Below are positions 27,323 to 41,880 of a stretch of 64,000 nt of DNA, in pieces. The notes below the pieces were generated by a model. That model was given only the letters and a program-made list of their open reading frames with translations. It searched no databases and was not told the origin of the DNA. Each line of letters opens with the position of its first letter. Position 1 is the stretch's first letter. The stretch is taken from the NCBI GenBank assembly GCA_951406725.2, contig OX597816.1, positions 53,630,001-53,694,000 on the forward strand, written 5' to 3'. Source of the stretch: Octopus vulgaris. Taxonomy: Eukaryota. A program made the position numbers and the translations under genes.

Positions 27323-27723
27323 TGAGGTATACTTGCCATCTCAATATGGCTAACCACTAAGGGTGGGTGTTACTGTAGCTTGTAGCCCCAGGAGAACATC
27401 GTCTCCAGCTGGCTTTAGGCACACTTTCTGTGCCCTTATGGTATTTGCAAAGGGAGGTCATCCCTCCCTCGTCAACCTCAGTGATACGCACGGACTGTAG
27501 TTTCTAGGTATTGACCTGTCGTCGGAGTATCGACCTGCCGTCGAACTGCAGTCCGTGCGTATCACTGAGGTTGACGAGGGAGGGATGACCTCCCTTTGCA
27601 AATACCATAAGGGCACAGAAAGTGTGCCTAAAGCCAGCTGGAGACGATGTTCTCCTGGGGCTACAAGCTACAGTAACACCCACCCTTAGTGGTTAGCCAT
27701 ATTGAGATGGCTAGTATACCTCA
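27323..27723. mobile_element. Foldback MITE-like element, ~180-bp near-perfect inverted arms
   Basis: 27323-27502 is the reverse complement of 27544-27723 with about two mismatches; 41-bp spacer. Confidence 0.85.
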
Positions 27724-28504
27724 ATATTTTATGACATTACAATATAGATTTTATTCTTTCACTTTTGACATGTAATACCGAACCGGTGCCTATGTTATAT
27801 TGTTTTAATCCAAATGAAAAAAAATTACAAGTTGACATTCATGGGGTCTGATATTATTACCTTGTAAAATTTGATTTGATTTGGTTGAGCCATTTGAGAA
27901 TGCATAGGGAACAGACAGACAGACAGACAAGGAATTTTATATGTGTAGACAAGGAAACCGATTTGTATACAGAACTTACAAATCCTGTTTGTATAAAGCC
28001 CTAGAAGAAAATAGCTTGAGTGGAAAAACTTAAGCTGCTTTAGGATAGCTTTTCCTAATGCATGACTGCTCAGTGGCATGGTTGAAATCTCATTGGTTAG
28101 CAATAAAGACTTATCAGCTGTATGTGGTCCATAGTGGTCATGTGTATGTATGCCTGACCACACGCACAACATTTTTCAATAAGGGAGAAATGTAAATAGT
28201 ACATTTAAATAAAAGGAGTGCAAAAAATTTTTAATAAGTAAAGTAATGTTGTAGGGAGAACATACAAATAACCTAAAGACAAAGATATTTAACCACAACA
28301 AAATTCAAATACGCTGAAGTCAATTTTTAGGCAGATGTAGCAAAACTGAATTTAAACACACAGAGTGAAAAAAAGTTTAAAATAATTAAATCATTTTTCA
28401 GGGAGAATGTACAAAAACTGTAACAACAGAGATTTTTTTGCATGACTAATTGAAATACATGGGAGTCAATTTGTAGACAGAAGTTAGTGTGTGAGTGAGT
28501 TAAA

Positions 28505-28552
<48 letters not shown>

Positions 28553-28980
28553 AAACAGACATAGACTAAAAGAGCGGAAGTATTACAGAGAGTGAGGGAG
28601 AATATGTGTAAGCAAGAGAAACAGAGAATGAGAAAAAGAGAGAAATAAATAGAGAGAGAAAAGGGAGAGAATCGGTAGAAAACTTTTAAGGTTTTTCACT
28701 TTACACGGGAGCACTGGAGAAAATGTTATAGTGCATGACCATCCTTGGCACATAAGTAATGTATGTGTAAAGTTTGATGAAAATCAGTTGAAAACTGTAA
28801 AAATGCATATACACTTCACACACACATACACACACAGAGAGTTCCTTTGTTTTATATATATAGATTACACTATTAATTTAATTATATTATTTATTTTTTC
28901 AATCCACCATTTGAAGTTACACTATTTTAATATTCAATATACTGGACAAACAGTGTGCATATATATGGTGCATATATATG

Positions 28981-29022
<42 letters not shown>

Positions 29023-29049
29023 GTATACATATATAAATATATATATACG

Positions 29050-29450
29050 TTTATATATTTGTTGTGCAAGATTTTTTATGTGAAGTCGTGTGTTGAAACA
29101 GATATTGTTATATTTCGGAATGGTCATTTTGCCAGTTTAGCCAATAAAAACACACGCACTATATATTTGGTGTTACTTTGCTTCAATGTTATTTATTTTT
29201 TACATTAATCTTAATCTTATTTTGGCCAGAGTTCTTTCGTCACACTCCTGTGACCGCATCAGTGGTCCTTTGTTTCCTTCTTTCTTATTTGTGTCTCTCC
29301 TTACTAACCGTCAGCCATTTTGTATTTCTATTGTATGTCTTCATTTGCGCATGCTTATATCTCTATGTGCATCTATGTTTATTTAGTGTGTGTGTGTGTA
29401 ATATTTGTATCGTCTGTTTATATACATTCATGTAATTTGTTTTCGTTGTT
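29050..29450. mobile_element. Probable PLE-type pLTR fragment next to (TA)n
   Basis: Minus 29226-29265 CCA CTGATGC GGTCACAGGAGTGTGAC GAAA GAACTC TGG, a hammerhead-like motif with one core deviation. Confidence 0.45.
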
Positions 29451-30914
29451 GTTGTTTTTGTTTATTCTTATTTTGTTCATGTGTTTACAACCACTTATTA
29501 TTATCATTACATATGCTTGTATGTATGTATGTATGTATGTATGTATGTATAACAACAATTCTAGTTATAATAATAATAAATCAAAAAAAAAATTGATGTA
29601 TATACTGCTAAGCATTTCGCCCAGTGTGATAACGTTTCTGCCAGCTCTCTGCCTTAATAAATGCTTCATCTTTATGAATGACAATTGGAAAAAAAAGGAC
29701 TCATAGACACACACATACACACACAGACACACACACGTTCCCTACTTCAATTTCATTGCTTCTTTGACATTTCATAATGAAAATACAGACTACAATATGT
29801 GGTATACTTATTATGTCAATGCTATAATCTTAATGGAATTGCCTTCTTCTTCTTGTTGGAACATGTATTGGTGAGAATGACATTGCTCCCAAAAGAGAAA
29901 ATAGGAGGAGATCACTGTTGTGTGTCTCTGCTGCTGATGGCATCAATTTAGTGGTCTTTGTCCTCAGATAAACTACAAAAGTACCCAACATGTAATATGT
30001 GATATAGCCTGGTGTTCAAGACAATGGCAATGGCCAGTAAAGCCTGCTGTACATTGAACAACAGTACCAGAGATGGATAGTAACTGGTAGTTTGTCAGTT
30101 ACAATGACAAGTGTTCCATTTGAGTTGATCAATGGAACAGCCAAATTTACAAACAAGAGTCTGAGCACTCCACAGACACACATACCCTTCATGTAGTTTA
30201 TCAGGGAGGTTCAGCATGACACAGAATGTGATAAGGCTGGCCCTTTGAATCACAGGTACAATTCCTTTTGGGCAGCTAAATGAACTGGAGCAACATGAAA
30301 TAAGGCAACATGCTCGAGGATACAATGGGCCACCAGGAATTGAACTCATGACCTTTTGTTCATGAGCCAAATACCCTAACCACTAAGCCACGCACCTTCA
30401 TAGATAGATAAAATGTGTCTATAAATCTCCTCTTTCACCTGGTTCTCACACCATAAGAGACATTGAGCCCTGTTGAGAAGTCTGGTGGATGTACAATCAA
30501 GGTATCTACATCTTGATATTTGATATTCCTAGAGATCATAATCACCCCAGACAGTGGTCACAACTAAAGTCATCATGTGGTTTCTCAGGTTTAATACATC
30601 AATTTATGTCAGTTTGGGTGTTCAATGACATCAAATATTAGTTCAACAGTATTGATTTTTTGAAGATGAAGTTTCCTTATTACATTTATTTGTTGTTTGT
30701 TGAGCTCAAAGTACTTAAACATCTTGTGTTCTTTTCTGTCAATGCAGGGATGCTTATTTAATATTTAACTGTGAAATTAAAATTAAATTTTATGATTTGG
30801 TTGTGTGCTAAGAAGTTTGCTTCCCAACTACATGGTTCTGGGTTCCATTCCACTCTGTCACAATTTGGACAAGTGTCTTCTAGCATAGCCTCAGACCAAC
30901 CAAAGCCTTGTGAA

Positions 30915-31400
30915 AATCGTGAGTGTAGTGGATGCCTATCTGTCTTCGATGACAGTCAATTAAAGACCATCATTGATAAAGATCCATTTAAAACCATTTG
31001 AGAACTGGCAAAAGAACTTCAAGTTAGCCAGAAAACTACCTGCGATCAGAAAATCAAGAAAGCTCAACAAATGAGTACCACACGATTTGAATGAAAATCA
31101 GAAAATGCGCAGATCGATCCATTTCTCAACCGTAATGTAACTTGCAATGAAAAGTGGATTCCAGAAGCTGAGGGAACATGGCCACGAAGTTCTTTCCCAC
31201 ACAGTTTATTCCCCAGACCTTTCTCCGACTGACTACCACTTTTTCAAGCACCTTGATGGTTTCCTGTGAGAGAAGGAGTTCAAAAATCAAACTGATGCTA
31301 AAAGTGCATTCAAAGAGTTCATCAACTCCAGAACTCCAGATTTTTATGTTACTAGAATAAACTTGGTAAAAATGTGTTGATTGTAATGGAGCTTATGCGG
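30915..31400 (+). pseudogene. Mariner transposase relic
   Basis: TCNEKWI and YSPDLSPTDYHFFKHL motifs in broken frames. Confidence 0.8.
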
Positions 31401-32039
31401 CAGGTATTTAAAGGGAAAAATTTGACAAGACAGTCAGTCACCGGCTGACACTTGCTGACGATACATCAAAGAGGCCAGGGAACAGAAGAAAGAAGAAGAA
31501 AGAAGACATGCACCCAACACCAGAGCTGAAGACACCTCCGAAAGGGGAGGGGGCCTGCCACATCAAAACGGTAGAGGAGTAGGGGCCGAAACTGGACGTG
31601 GTTCCTCCTGATGATGTCTTGAGCTAACTGGATCCTATAAAGGAGCTGTTGTGGTAGCAGACCATGAAACACAGTTGTAATTCCTACTATGATGGGTAAA
31701 ATTTCTGCATTGTTGAAATATATCATGATGAATTTCAAGTTTTAAAATGTTGCTTACTTTTTACTCAGCCTGATAAAAGTTCATCAAGATGGACCCCACC
31801 CTGCAACATGGCTGCAGTCTAATGGCTGAAGAGATTCCGGCGATGATGGTAAATACCTATCAAATAAGAGAATTGATATTTTTGCAAGTCATTTTGCCAC
31901 AGCAAACTTTAAAATTCTTAACAAAGAACTATTTCAAACATTACGTTCCTCAACAAAAGGTAGAATAGTGTATAAAACTGCAACAAGACCCCCTCCACCC
32001 AAAGCACCCCTTTTTTGTACCTCTCCACCCAAAACACCC

Positions 32040-32460
32040 CTTTTTTTATCTATTTTTTTTTTCTACACAAACCTCCGTTTTCAGCTATAGAGAATATGAA
32101 TCTGCAAAAAAATTGGCAAAAATCAGCATTTTGAAATTCCACCCCACACCACATCTCAATTCTTCATTTTTAACATTTTTCAGAAATTTTTTTTTCAAAA
32201 TATGCGGAAAAAAGCGGAGATTATGATTCTGAAAAATATTTCCAAAAATTTTTCAACTTAGGTTTAGGGTTACAGTTAGGGTTCTAGGGATAGGGTTAGA
32301 TTAGGGTTGGGGTTTTAGGGTTAGGGTTACGGAAAAAGTGAAAAATGAAGAAATTGGGGGCGGGGGGCAAAAATTTCAAAATTCCGATTTTTGGCAATTT
32401 TCCAGAATCTCCATATCTGAAAACATGGGTTTTTGGCAAAAAAAAAATTAAAAAAACTAT
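32040..32460. mobile_element. Imperfect foldback element with internal degenerate (TTAGGG)n
   Basis: About 32080-32172 is inversely similar to about 32340-32425; TTAGGG-like units 32258-32329. Confidence 0.55.
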
Positions 32461-32959
32461 AATTTGCAAGAAAATGAGGGGAGACAGGAGGAAGTCTTTC
32501 CAAAAGTGCTTTACACACACACACAAACGCACACACACATAAGAATGTATGTATAAGCACTAGTATCAAACTGAGAATGAGTGGTCAACACTGCACTGGT
32601 GGATAAATATTCTTTATTTGTGGATTAACAAGGTAACCAATGGTTTCATGTGGGAAAATGGGAAAGTTCTCCACAGTTATTTAAGCAATCCACTTGGGAG
32701 TTTAGTACTTGTCTCCATTTTGGATGAGATATATATATGATATACCTTTACAGAAAGACACACACACATGCACATGCACACGCACACACACACGCACATA
32801 CACACACACACACACACACACATATATATGTATATACATTCATATATACATACATACACGCACACATATGTGCACACTTACAAAGGCAGACATACACATA
32901 TATGATAAATAGATGATTCGGTATTAATCGTGAAAGTGCTAAAATCATAAAAGGAATTA

Positions 32960-33348
32960 TTCTTTTACTCTTTTACTTGTTTCAGTTATTTGACTGTGGC
33001 CATGCTGGAGCACCGCCTTTGGTCGAGCAAATCGACCCCGGGACTTATTCTTTGTAAGGCCAGTACTTATTCTATCGGTCTCTTTTTGCCGAACCACTAA
33101 GTTACGGGAACGTAAACACACCAGCATCGGTTGTCAAACGATGCTGGGGGAACAAACATAAACACATACATATAGATATATACATACATATATACAACGG
33201 GCTTCTTTCAGTTTCTGTCTACCAAATCCGCTCACAAGGCATTGGTCGGCCCGGGGCTATAGCAGAAGACAATTGCCCAAGATGCCACGCAGTGGGACTG
33301 AACCCGGAACCATGTGGTTGGTTAGCAAGCTACTTACCACACAGCCAA
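32960..33348 (-). mobile_element. SINE family A
   Basis: Reverse complement of the full consensus. Confidence 0.85.
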
Positions 33349-33879
33349 CCCTGCACCAAAATTTAATTTTAGGATCTTCTTGATGATATGAGCTGCAGGT
33401 TTCTTGTGAAGGCTCAGAACTTTTCATGGCATGAATACAAGATTTATGGACAGCTGTGGGCCAAAAAGTACACTGCATTCATCTTAACTGTCTTGGAGTG
33501 TTTTCTTTAACAAGCAATATATTAGATTACCAATTATTTCCCAAATTCCATGTTTGGTGTTTCCTGGAAAATATTCCAAAAGTCTAGATGGCCATGTAAT
33601 GATTGAGTTTTAGTACAACGAATTCTGACAGAGATCCTGTTTAGTTTATTGTTGTTGTTGTTGAAGTTGCTGATGTTGTTGTTGCTGTTGATGCTGCTGC
33701 TGCTGCTATAGTTGTTCATGTTACTGTTTAACCTCAGGTCAGCCCTGACTTACCAGATCTATTGATGTGTGTAACAATATGTGTGTGTATGTAACAATAT
33801 ATATCTGTGTGTCTGTGTCAATGACATCATATAATATATATGCATATGTCTGTGTGTATGTATGTTTATATTAAGATAA

Positions 33880-34203
<324 letters not shown>

Positions 34204-34406
34204 TCCTAAATACATAAACATTTACATAGATCGAAATATGTTTGACTTGATCTGTTTATATTCTGGATAATGTAGTCATTGATAAATATCCGAAAAATAG
34301 GAAATGGTCATACAGGATATTTGATACACTGGTAAAATATTTATTTACCTACCTACATGCCTACCTACCTGCCTACCTACCTGCCTGCCTACTTACCTAC
34401 CTATCA

Positions 34407-34462
<56 letters not shown>

Positions 34463-34730
34463 CTCTATCTATCTCTATTTCTATTTCTTTTTGTATCTGT
34501 GTGTGTGTATGTGTGCAACTTATGTAAATTGATAAGTAGATGTTGGATTTGGCATATTCTTTTATTCTTTTATTTGTTTCAGTTAAACAAATCGACCCCA
34601 GGACTTTTTTTAAGCTTAGTACTTATTCTATCGGTCTCTTTTGATGAACCAAGTTACAGGGACATAAATACACCAACACTGGTTGTCAAGCAGTGACAGG
34701 GGGAAAAAACACAGACACAAAGACACACAC

Positions 34731-34769
<39 letters not shown>

Positions 34770-35408
34770 CATGTACACGAGCTCAACTCCCTTCCCCTCT
34801 CCTCTCTTCCTCTCACACCTGCTTCCTCTCTTCACTCCTACCCACCTTCTCTCCTCCACCCTCTCCCTTCATTCTCACCCCTCCATCGTTACCCCACCCC
34901 CACACATCCCAACACTATCATCCCTATATCTCCCATTCCACCCCCATACATTCCACTTCCATATACCCCATCCCACACTCACACCCACTCCTACCCCACA
35001 CCCCACCCTGCATATACCCCTCTGTATATATCTGATAGCTTTCAGTCCTCGATGTCAGCTAACTTTTTCTCAACTACAACTTTAACCCTTATATTCCCAA
35101 TGTCATTGAGGGTTCACCAATACATGAAACTGCTCAGAAAAAAAGGAGACATAAAACGTCTTCAAATTTAACCCAGATACCCTGTAGATCTATCACTATA
35201 CCTGTTTCTTTATTACCCACAAGGGGCTAAACACAGAGGGGACAAACAAGGACAGACAAACGGATTAAGTCGATTACATCGACTCCAGTGTGTAACTGGT
35301 ACTTAATTTATCAACCCCGAAAGGATGAAAGGCAAAGTCGACCTCGGCGGGATTTGAACTCAGAACTTAATATCAGACGAAATGCGGCTATGCACTTTGC
35401 CCGGCGTG

Positions 35409-35856
35409 CTATGCGATTGTTCAGCCTGATAATATAGCAGCCAAATTTCTCTCATATCACATCTTACTATTTCAATGTATGAAAGATACATTGGATAATG
35501 CAGTCTTGGGTGCTCACTATCTGGCATGGTGGTCATGATTGGAAAGCTTTTAAGTGCAAGTCTGCTTTATCACTATACCACAAGATGACTATTCTCATTA
35601 GCTATGTTGTGTCAAAATGCACAGGTGTACAAAGAAATTAACTATATTGTCAACGATGTTTGGAAGGGTGAATTAATTCAAAAGTTTTAAGATAGGCGCA
35701 GGAGTGGCTGTGTGGTAAGTAGCTTGCTTACCAACCACCTTGTTCTGGGTTCATTCCCACTGCGTGGTACCTTGGGCAAGTGTCTTCTACTATAGCCTAG
35801 GGCCAACCAAAGCCTTGTGAGTGGATTGGGTAGACGGAAACTGAAAGCAGCCTGTC

Positions 35857-35892
<36 letters not shown>

Positions 35893-36269
35893 TTTGGAGG
35901 GAGATACGAATTCGCCTGTCTATATAAATGTAGAGATGCTAGTGGACCGTTTATCGTTCGATGTCGCCTGATCGAGTTGGTGTAATGGGTGAGTTTTTTT
36001 CCTAGCATTTCTAGATTTATAGGAAATATTATGTTGACAAGGAAATGAACTTTCTATTCTGATCCAGAAACGAATTCGTCCATAATTAATCCAATAGGCT
36101 GGGATTTCGTTGTCTTCTTTCTCTTTACCATATACGGGTTACAAACTCTGTTTGTTTGTGGAGACTTTTTTACTAGTAGTAGAAATAGTGACCTATTTGG
36201 CTGCTATTTCTAATATTTTCAGTATGTGGTTTTGAGCAACTTGTTGCAATTAACCCTTTATTATAATTA

Positions 36270-36357
<88 letters not shown>

Positions 36358-37887
36358 GTATATGTTTGTGTGTTTGTGTTTGTCCCCACCAACATCGCTT
36401 GAAAACTGATGGTGGTGTGTTTACATCCCCATAACTTAGTGGTTCAGCAAAAGAGAACCAATAGAATAAGTACTAGGCTTACAAAGAATAAGTCCTGTGG
36501 TCCATTTGCTCAACTAAAGGCATTGCTCCAGCATGGCTGCAATCAAATGACTGAAACAATTAAAAGAGCAAAGAATAATTAGTATAAAAGAATAATTAAG
36601 AAAATTTGAATTTAGTAGGCATGCACAACATTAATATACAAAGTGACTGAATGGCTGAATGAGCAAACAAACATTTATGCACAAATTATCAAGGCAAGTT
36701 GTAATTAAACTTCTAAAGTAATCATTATGAATATTAACATTATTTTGTGCAATTATCATACTTTTCATGATTTAAAAAAAATCATTAAAGCAGGAGTAGA
36801 TTGCTGAGTGAGGTATTGGTGTACTGATTGCATTCAGCCTGACAATTAGCATGAATATGAGGATAGCAATGAACACATCTTCACTGGGGACCCTAACAAA
36901 AGGAGACATATTAGGCTATACAGTTATTTTATGGTACCTTTTTCTTTTATTTATTTTTATTTAAGGGTTTTTATCAACCAAATCAATACTAGAACCTATC
37001 TTTTAAGTCCAGTATTTTTTTCTTATTTCTTTACTGCCTACAAGGGGCTAAACATAGAGGGGGAAAACAAGGACAGACAAACGGATTAAGTCAATTACAT
37101 CGACCCCAGTGTGTAACTGGTGCTTAATTTATCGACCCCAAAAGGATGAAAGGCAAAGTCGACCTCGGCGGAATTTTGAACTCAGAACATAACGGCAGAC
37201 AAAATACCACTAAGCATTTCGCCCGGCATGCCTACGTTTCTGCCAGCTCACCACCTCATAAGTCTGGTATTTATTCTATTATTCTATCAGTTTCTTTTGC
37301 CAAACTGCTAAGTTATGGGAATGTAAATAAAACAGCATCGGTCGACAAGCAGTGGGTGGAGAACAAACGCAGACACAAAGACACATGCACACACACACAC
37401 TCACACACACACACACACACACATTGGGTTTCCACACAGTTTCCATCTACCAAATTCTCTCACAAGGCATCAATCAACCTGGGGCTATAAATGAAAAACT
37501 TGCCCAATGTGCTATGTCATGGGACAGAACCTATAGCTACATGATTGCAAAACGAGCTTTTTAACCACACAGCCATACCTGTAGTTTGGTTCTACTATTT
37601 GTCAGAAAAGCTCGTTAAATAATAAAATATACATTAGAATCAGGTATATTATAGCTTATTGGGAAACCAAAAAAGATGTTTGATCAGACTATGATATAAA
37701 ATTTACTACTAAAATATCAGCATTGATAGAGCAGACTTGCACTTAAAAGCTTTCCAATCATGACCACCATGCCAGATAGTGAGCACCCAAGACTGCATTA
37801 TCCAATGTATCTTTCATACATTGAAATAGTAAGATGTGATATGAGAGAAATTTGGCTGCTATATTAGCAGGCTGAACAATCACATAG
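35409..37887. repeat. Long-range inverted repeat pair, arms 35409-35572 and 37724-37887
   Basis: ~164-bp arms are reverse complements with about three mismatches. Confidence 0.85.
35694..36570 (+). mobile_element. SINE family A split at its central (TA)n by a ~370-bp insertion
   Basis: Head 35694-35857, unrelated sequence about 35891-36265, body resumes about 36360. Confidence 0.75.
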
Positions 37888-37959
37888 AGGCTCCCTCACT
37901 GGCTCCACAAAAATGCTAGCACATGAACTAGTGTTCTAATAGAACTTTTGCATTCCTCT

Positions 37960-37991
<32 letters not shown>

Positions 37992-38804
37992 TATCGTTAT
38001 CATCATCCTATGTCACCCATTTTCCATGGGAAAATATGGATACTATATTACAAACATCTACAAAGATTTCTCGAGAATTGTCCAACCCATGCTAGCATGG
38101 AAAGCGGACGTTATACGATGGTGATGATGTTTATTTCAAATTCTCAAAATATCTTTGTTAGACAGCAAAGGGCTGGCTCTGTAAGCACCGAGGTTCATAT
38201 TCTGAAAAATGGAATATTTTGGGCAGTTCATCTTGTTTGAAAAGATAATTTTAGAATTTTAAAATAGTTTTTTTTTGGCTTTTTTTTTATGAAGAATTAA
38301 ACATTGGTACATGTTCTCTCATAAGCCAAAGAAATAGTGCAGCAATTTCTTGAAAGGAAATCTCAAATAGATGCATACTAATCTCAAAGACTAGGAGATG
38401 AGGAAGAGGACAAGAAACAGAGCTAAATGGAGAGTAAAAGAGATTTATGAGGACATAATAAAATATTCAAAAAACAATTATTTGAATTGTGCCAAAACAG
38501 AGAAAGCTGCATATAAACCAGAAGTAAGTCAATACTATAGGAATACTGTCTGTCCAAAATGAAGAATTCTATTTTTAAAAAGCTGGCTTTCAGGAACATC
38601 CAAGCCCATATCACCTGCATCATCTTTCAAATGTTTTGTCTGCAGCAAGAGTTACAGATCTTGTTAATGGCTCCAAAAGTCAGTTGCATATACCTGACAG
38701 AGTTGTAGACAAATAAACTGAATTTGTAGAGACAGGGCTTGGATGCAAGTAGGAAGCATTCATCATCATCTGTGTGCATGTGAGTGCATACGCATGCACA
38801 TGCA

Positions 38805-38835
<31 letters not shown>

Positions 38836-38947
38836 GTGTGTATGTATGTGCGTGTGTGATGGGGTCTGAGAAAGTTTCATGTTCTAAACTAAGTTTTGAC
38901 ACAGTTGATATAAAGGGAGGGGACAATTTTTTTTTAATAATTTTTAT

Positions 38948-40010
38948 AGGCATAGGAGTGGCTGTGTGGTAAGTAGCTTGCTTACCACTAAGGCTGCGAG
39001 CTGGCAGAATTGTTAGCACGCCGGGCGAAATGCTTTGTGGTATTTCGTCCACCGCTGCATTCTGAGTTCAAATTCCGCCGAAGTCGACTTTACCTTTCAT
39101 CCTTTCAGGGTCGATAAATTAAGTACCAGTTACGCACTGGGGTCGATGTAATCGACTTAATCCATTTGTCTGTACTTGTTTGTCCCCTCTATGTTTAGCC
39201 CCTTGTGGGCAATAAAGAAATAGGTATTTCTTCTATGAAAGAAGAGAGAAAAAAAAAAGCCCCTTCAGTGGGATGTGTGCCACCGGAGGTGGGGCAGTGG
39301 GATGTGTGCCACCGAGTGAGAGAGTTGAGGCTCCTCTCAGTGAAGGTAGTGAGGAATGTATGTTCTGCTATCTCAAGGGAGAGGCTCTCAACAGTTTTGT
39401 CGAGAATAAGATGGACAGTCAGATCCTAAAGGAACCGAATTGCATTGACAGCTCAGAGTGGCCTTCACAGGTGGCTGCTCTAGTGCTGGAAAGAAAACAA
39501 TGCAATATGATAATCAACTCATGTGGAGGCGAGATTTTCAGAATTCTCCATTGGAACCCCCAATTTTGGTGGAAACAGTGCCTGCAAGTTGCACGAGATT
39601 TGCTGGGGGAGGAAGTGTAGAGGTTTATTGCCTCTAATTGCTGTATAGACTTTATTTTGATTGTATGGACTTTTGGTCCAAGAAATTGTATTTTTTGTAA
39701 GAGTTTATGCATTTTTGGAAAAAAAAAAATAATGTTTTAGAGAAGCAGAGGGTCGCCTTCTGCCTCTCCCATCTTTATCATTTTTCATCATAATTATCCG
39801 CTTCATTAATATTTATGTCTAGCCCGCAAGCTACTCTGTGTAATGCCTTTATGGCAAATTTCTATGAAATAAAGTAGCTTGCTTACCAACCACATGGTTC
39901 CAGGTTCAGTCCCACTGCGTGGCACCTTGGGCAAGTGTCTTCTACTATAGCCTCGGGCCAAAAAAAACCTTGTGGGTGGATTTGGTAGACGGAAACTGAA
40001 AGAAGCTCGT

Positions 40011-40061
<51 letters not shown>

Positions 40062-40270
40062 ATATGTTTGTGTCTGTGTTTGTCCCCCCAACATCGTTTG
40101 ACAACCTATGCTGGTGTGTTTACGTCCCCGTAACTTAGTGGTTCAGCAAAAGAGACCAATAGAATAAGTGCTAGGCTTACAAAGAATAAGTCCTGGGGTT
40201 GATTTGCTTGACTAAAGACGGTGCTCCAGCATGGCTGCAGTCAAATGACTGAAACAAGTAAAAGAGTAAG
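38948..40270 (+). mobile_element. Nested SINEs: family A head, family B copy (38991-39230), unclassified insert, family A resuming about 39872
   Basis: AAGTAGCTTGCTTACCA occurs both before the insertions and at about 39872. Confidence 0.65.
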
Positions 40271-40818
40271 AATATAAAAATGAAGGCAAGACTACTGCAT
40301 GGGTTAAGCCATGATAGCTAAAACAAACTGAATAACAAAATCACACACACAAACACATACAATCACGCACATGTACACACATACATGCAGTCAAATATAT
40401 CGTATTGCAGTATCATTTAATACTTCATAGTGCAGTATCAATGGGGTTCATCTTGTTTTCTTCTATAGCCCCAGGCTAACCAAAGACTTGTAAATTAATT
40501 TGGTCGACAGAAACCAGCCTATTGTATTTTTTTTTTTCTTTTACACCTTTCAGTTATTAGATTGCCGTCATGCTAGAGCATTGCCTTGCAGAATTTAGTC
40601 AAACAAATTGACCCCAGTACTAATTGTTAGATCTGAGTGATTGTACAACATATCATAGCTTCCTCAGAGCTGCTAAAATTCTAGATGCACATGTACTCTG
40701 CTCTGAATGTTCTACATCTCAGTAGCAGAAACAACTGTAAGCTAATGAAGTTCACTGCATAATTTTCTGTTGCTTTGTCATTTACTTAAATATATATAAT
40801 TATATATATATATATATA

Positions 40819-41216
40819 GGCGCAGGAGTGGCTGTGTGGTAAGTAGCTTGCTTACCAACCATATGGTTCCGGGTTCAGTCCAACTGCGTGGCATCTTGGG
40901 CAAGTGCCTTCTACTATAGCCTCGGGCCGACGAATGCCTTGTGAGTGGATTTGGTAGATGGAAACTGAAAGAAGCCTGTCGTATATATATATATATTTAT
41001 GTATGTATGTATGTGTATATGTTTGTGTGTCTGTGTTTGTCCCCCTAGCATTGCTGGTGTGTTTACATCCCCGCCACTTAGCGGTTCAGCAAAAGACCGA
41101 TAGAATAAGTACTGGTCTTACAAAGAATAAGTCCCGGGGTCGATTTGCTCGACTAAAGGCGGTGCTCCAGCATGGCTGCAGTCAAATGGCTGAAACAAGT
41201 AAAAGAGTAAAAGAGA

Positions 41217-41217
<1 letters not shown>
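40819..41217 (+). mobile_element. SINE family A
   Basis: GGCGCAGGAGTGGCTGTGTGG head to GTAAAAGAG tail. Confidence 0.85.
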
Positions 41218-41257
<40 letters not shown>

Positions 41258-41259
<2 letters not shown>

Positions 41260-41880
41260 CATCATCATCATCATCATCGTTTAACGTCCGCTTTCCATAC
41301 TGTCATGGGTTGGATGGCTTGACTGAGGACTGACGAGCCAGATGGCTGCACTGGGCTGCAATCTGATCTGGCAGAGTTTCTACAGCTTGATGACCTTCCT
41401 AATGCCAACCATACCAAGAATGTAGTGGGTGCTTTTATGTGCCACCGGCACGAGGGCCAGTCAGGCGGAACAGGTGATGCCCATGTTCAAACAGTGTCTT
41501 GTATGTGCCACCTGCAGAGGAGCCAGTCCAGCAGCACTCGCAACAATCTCACTTGAATGTTATTTTTCACATGCCACTGGTACAAGTGCCAGTAAGGTGA
41601 TGCTGGTAACGATCACGCTCAAATGGTGCTTTTTATGTGGCATATATATATGGTTGCTAGTGCTATGTAAAAAGCACCTGTGCAGGTGTCACATAAACAT
41701 ACCCATGCTGATGCTATGTAAAAGCACCCAGTACATTGCGTAAAGTGGCAAGGCATTAGGGAAGGGCATCCGGTCATGCCAAAACAGATATGGAGCCTGA
41801 GCATCTCTTCGACTGGCCAGCTCCTGTCAAACCATTCGCAACCAATGCCAGCATGGAAAATGGACATTTAATGATGATGA
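41258..41880 (-). mobile_element. RTE 3'UTR fragment(s) with hairpin repeat array
   Basis: (CAT)n-CGTTTAACGTCC tail, repeated GGTGCTTTTATGTGCCAC motifs; an oppositely oriented fragment follows. Confidence 0.65.

Noticed and set aside
38330-38760. Coding-looking purine-rich unique sequence
   Set aside because: Only short open stretches and no motif recognised
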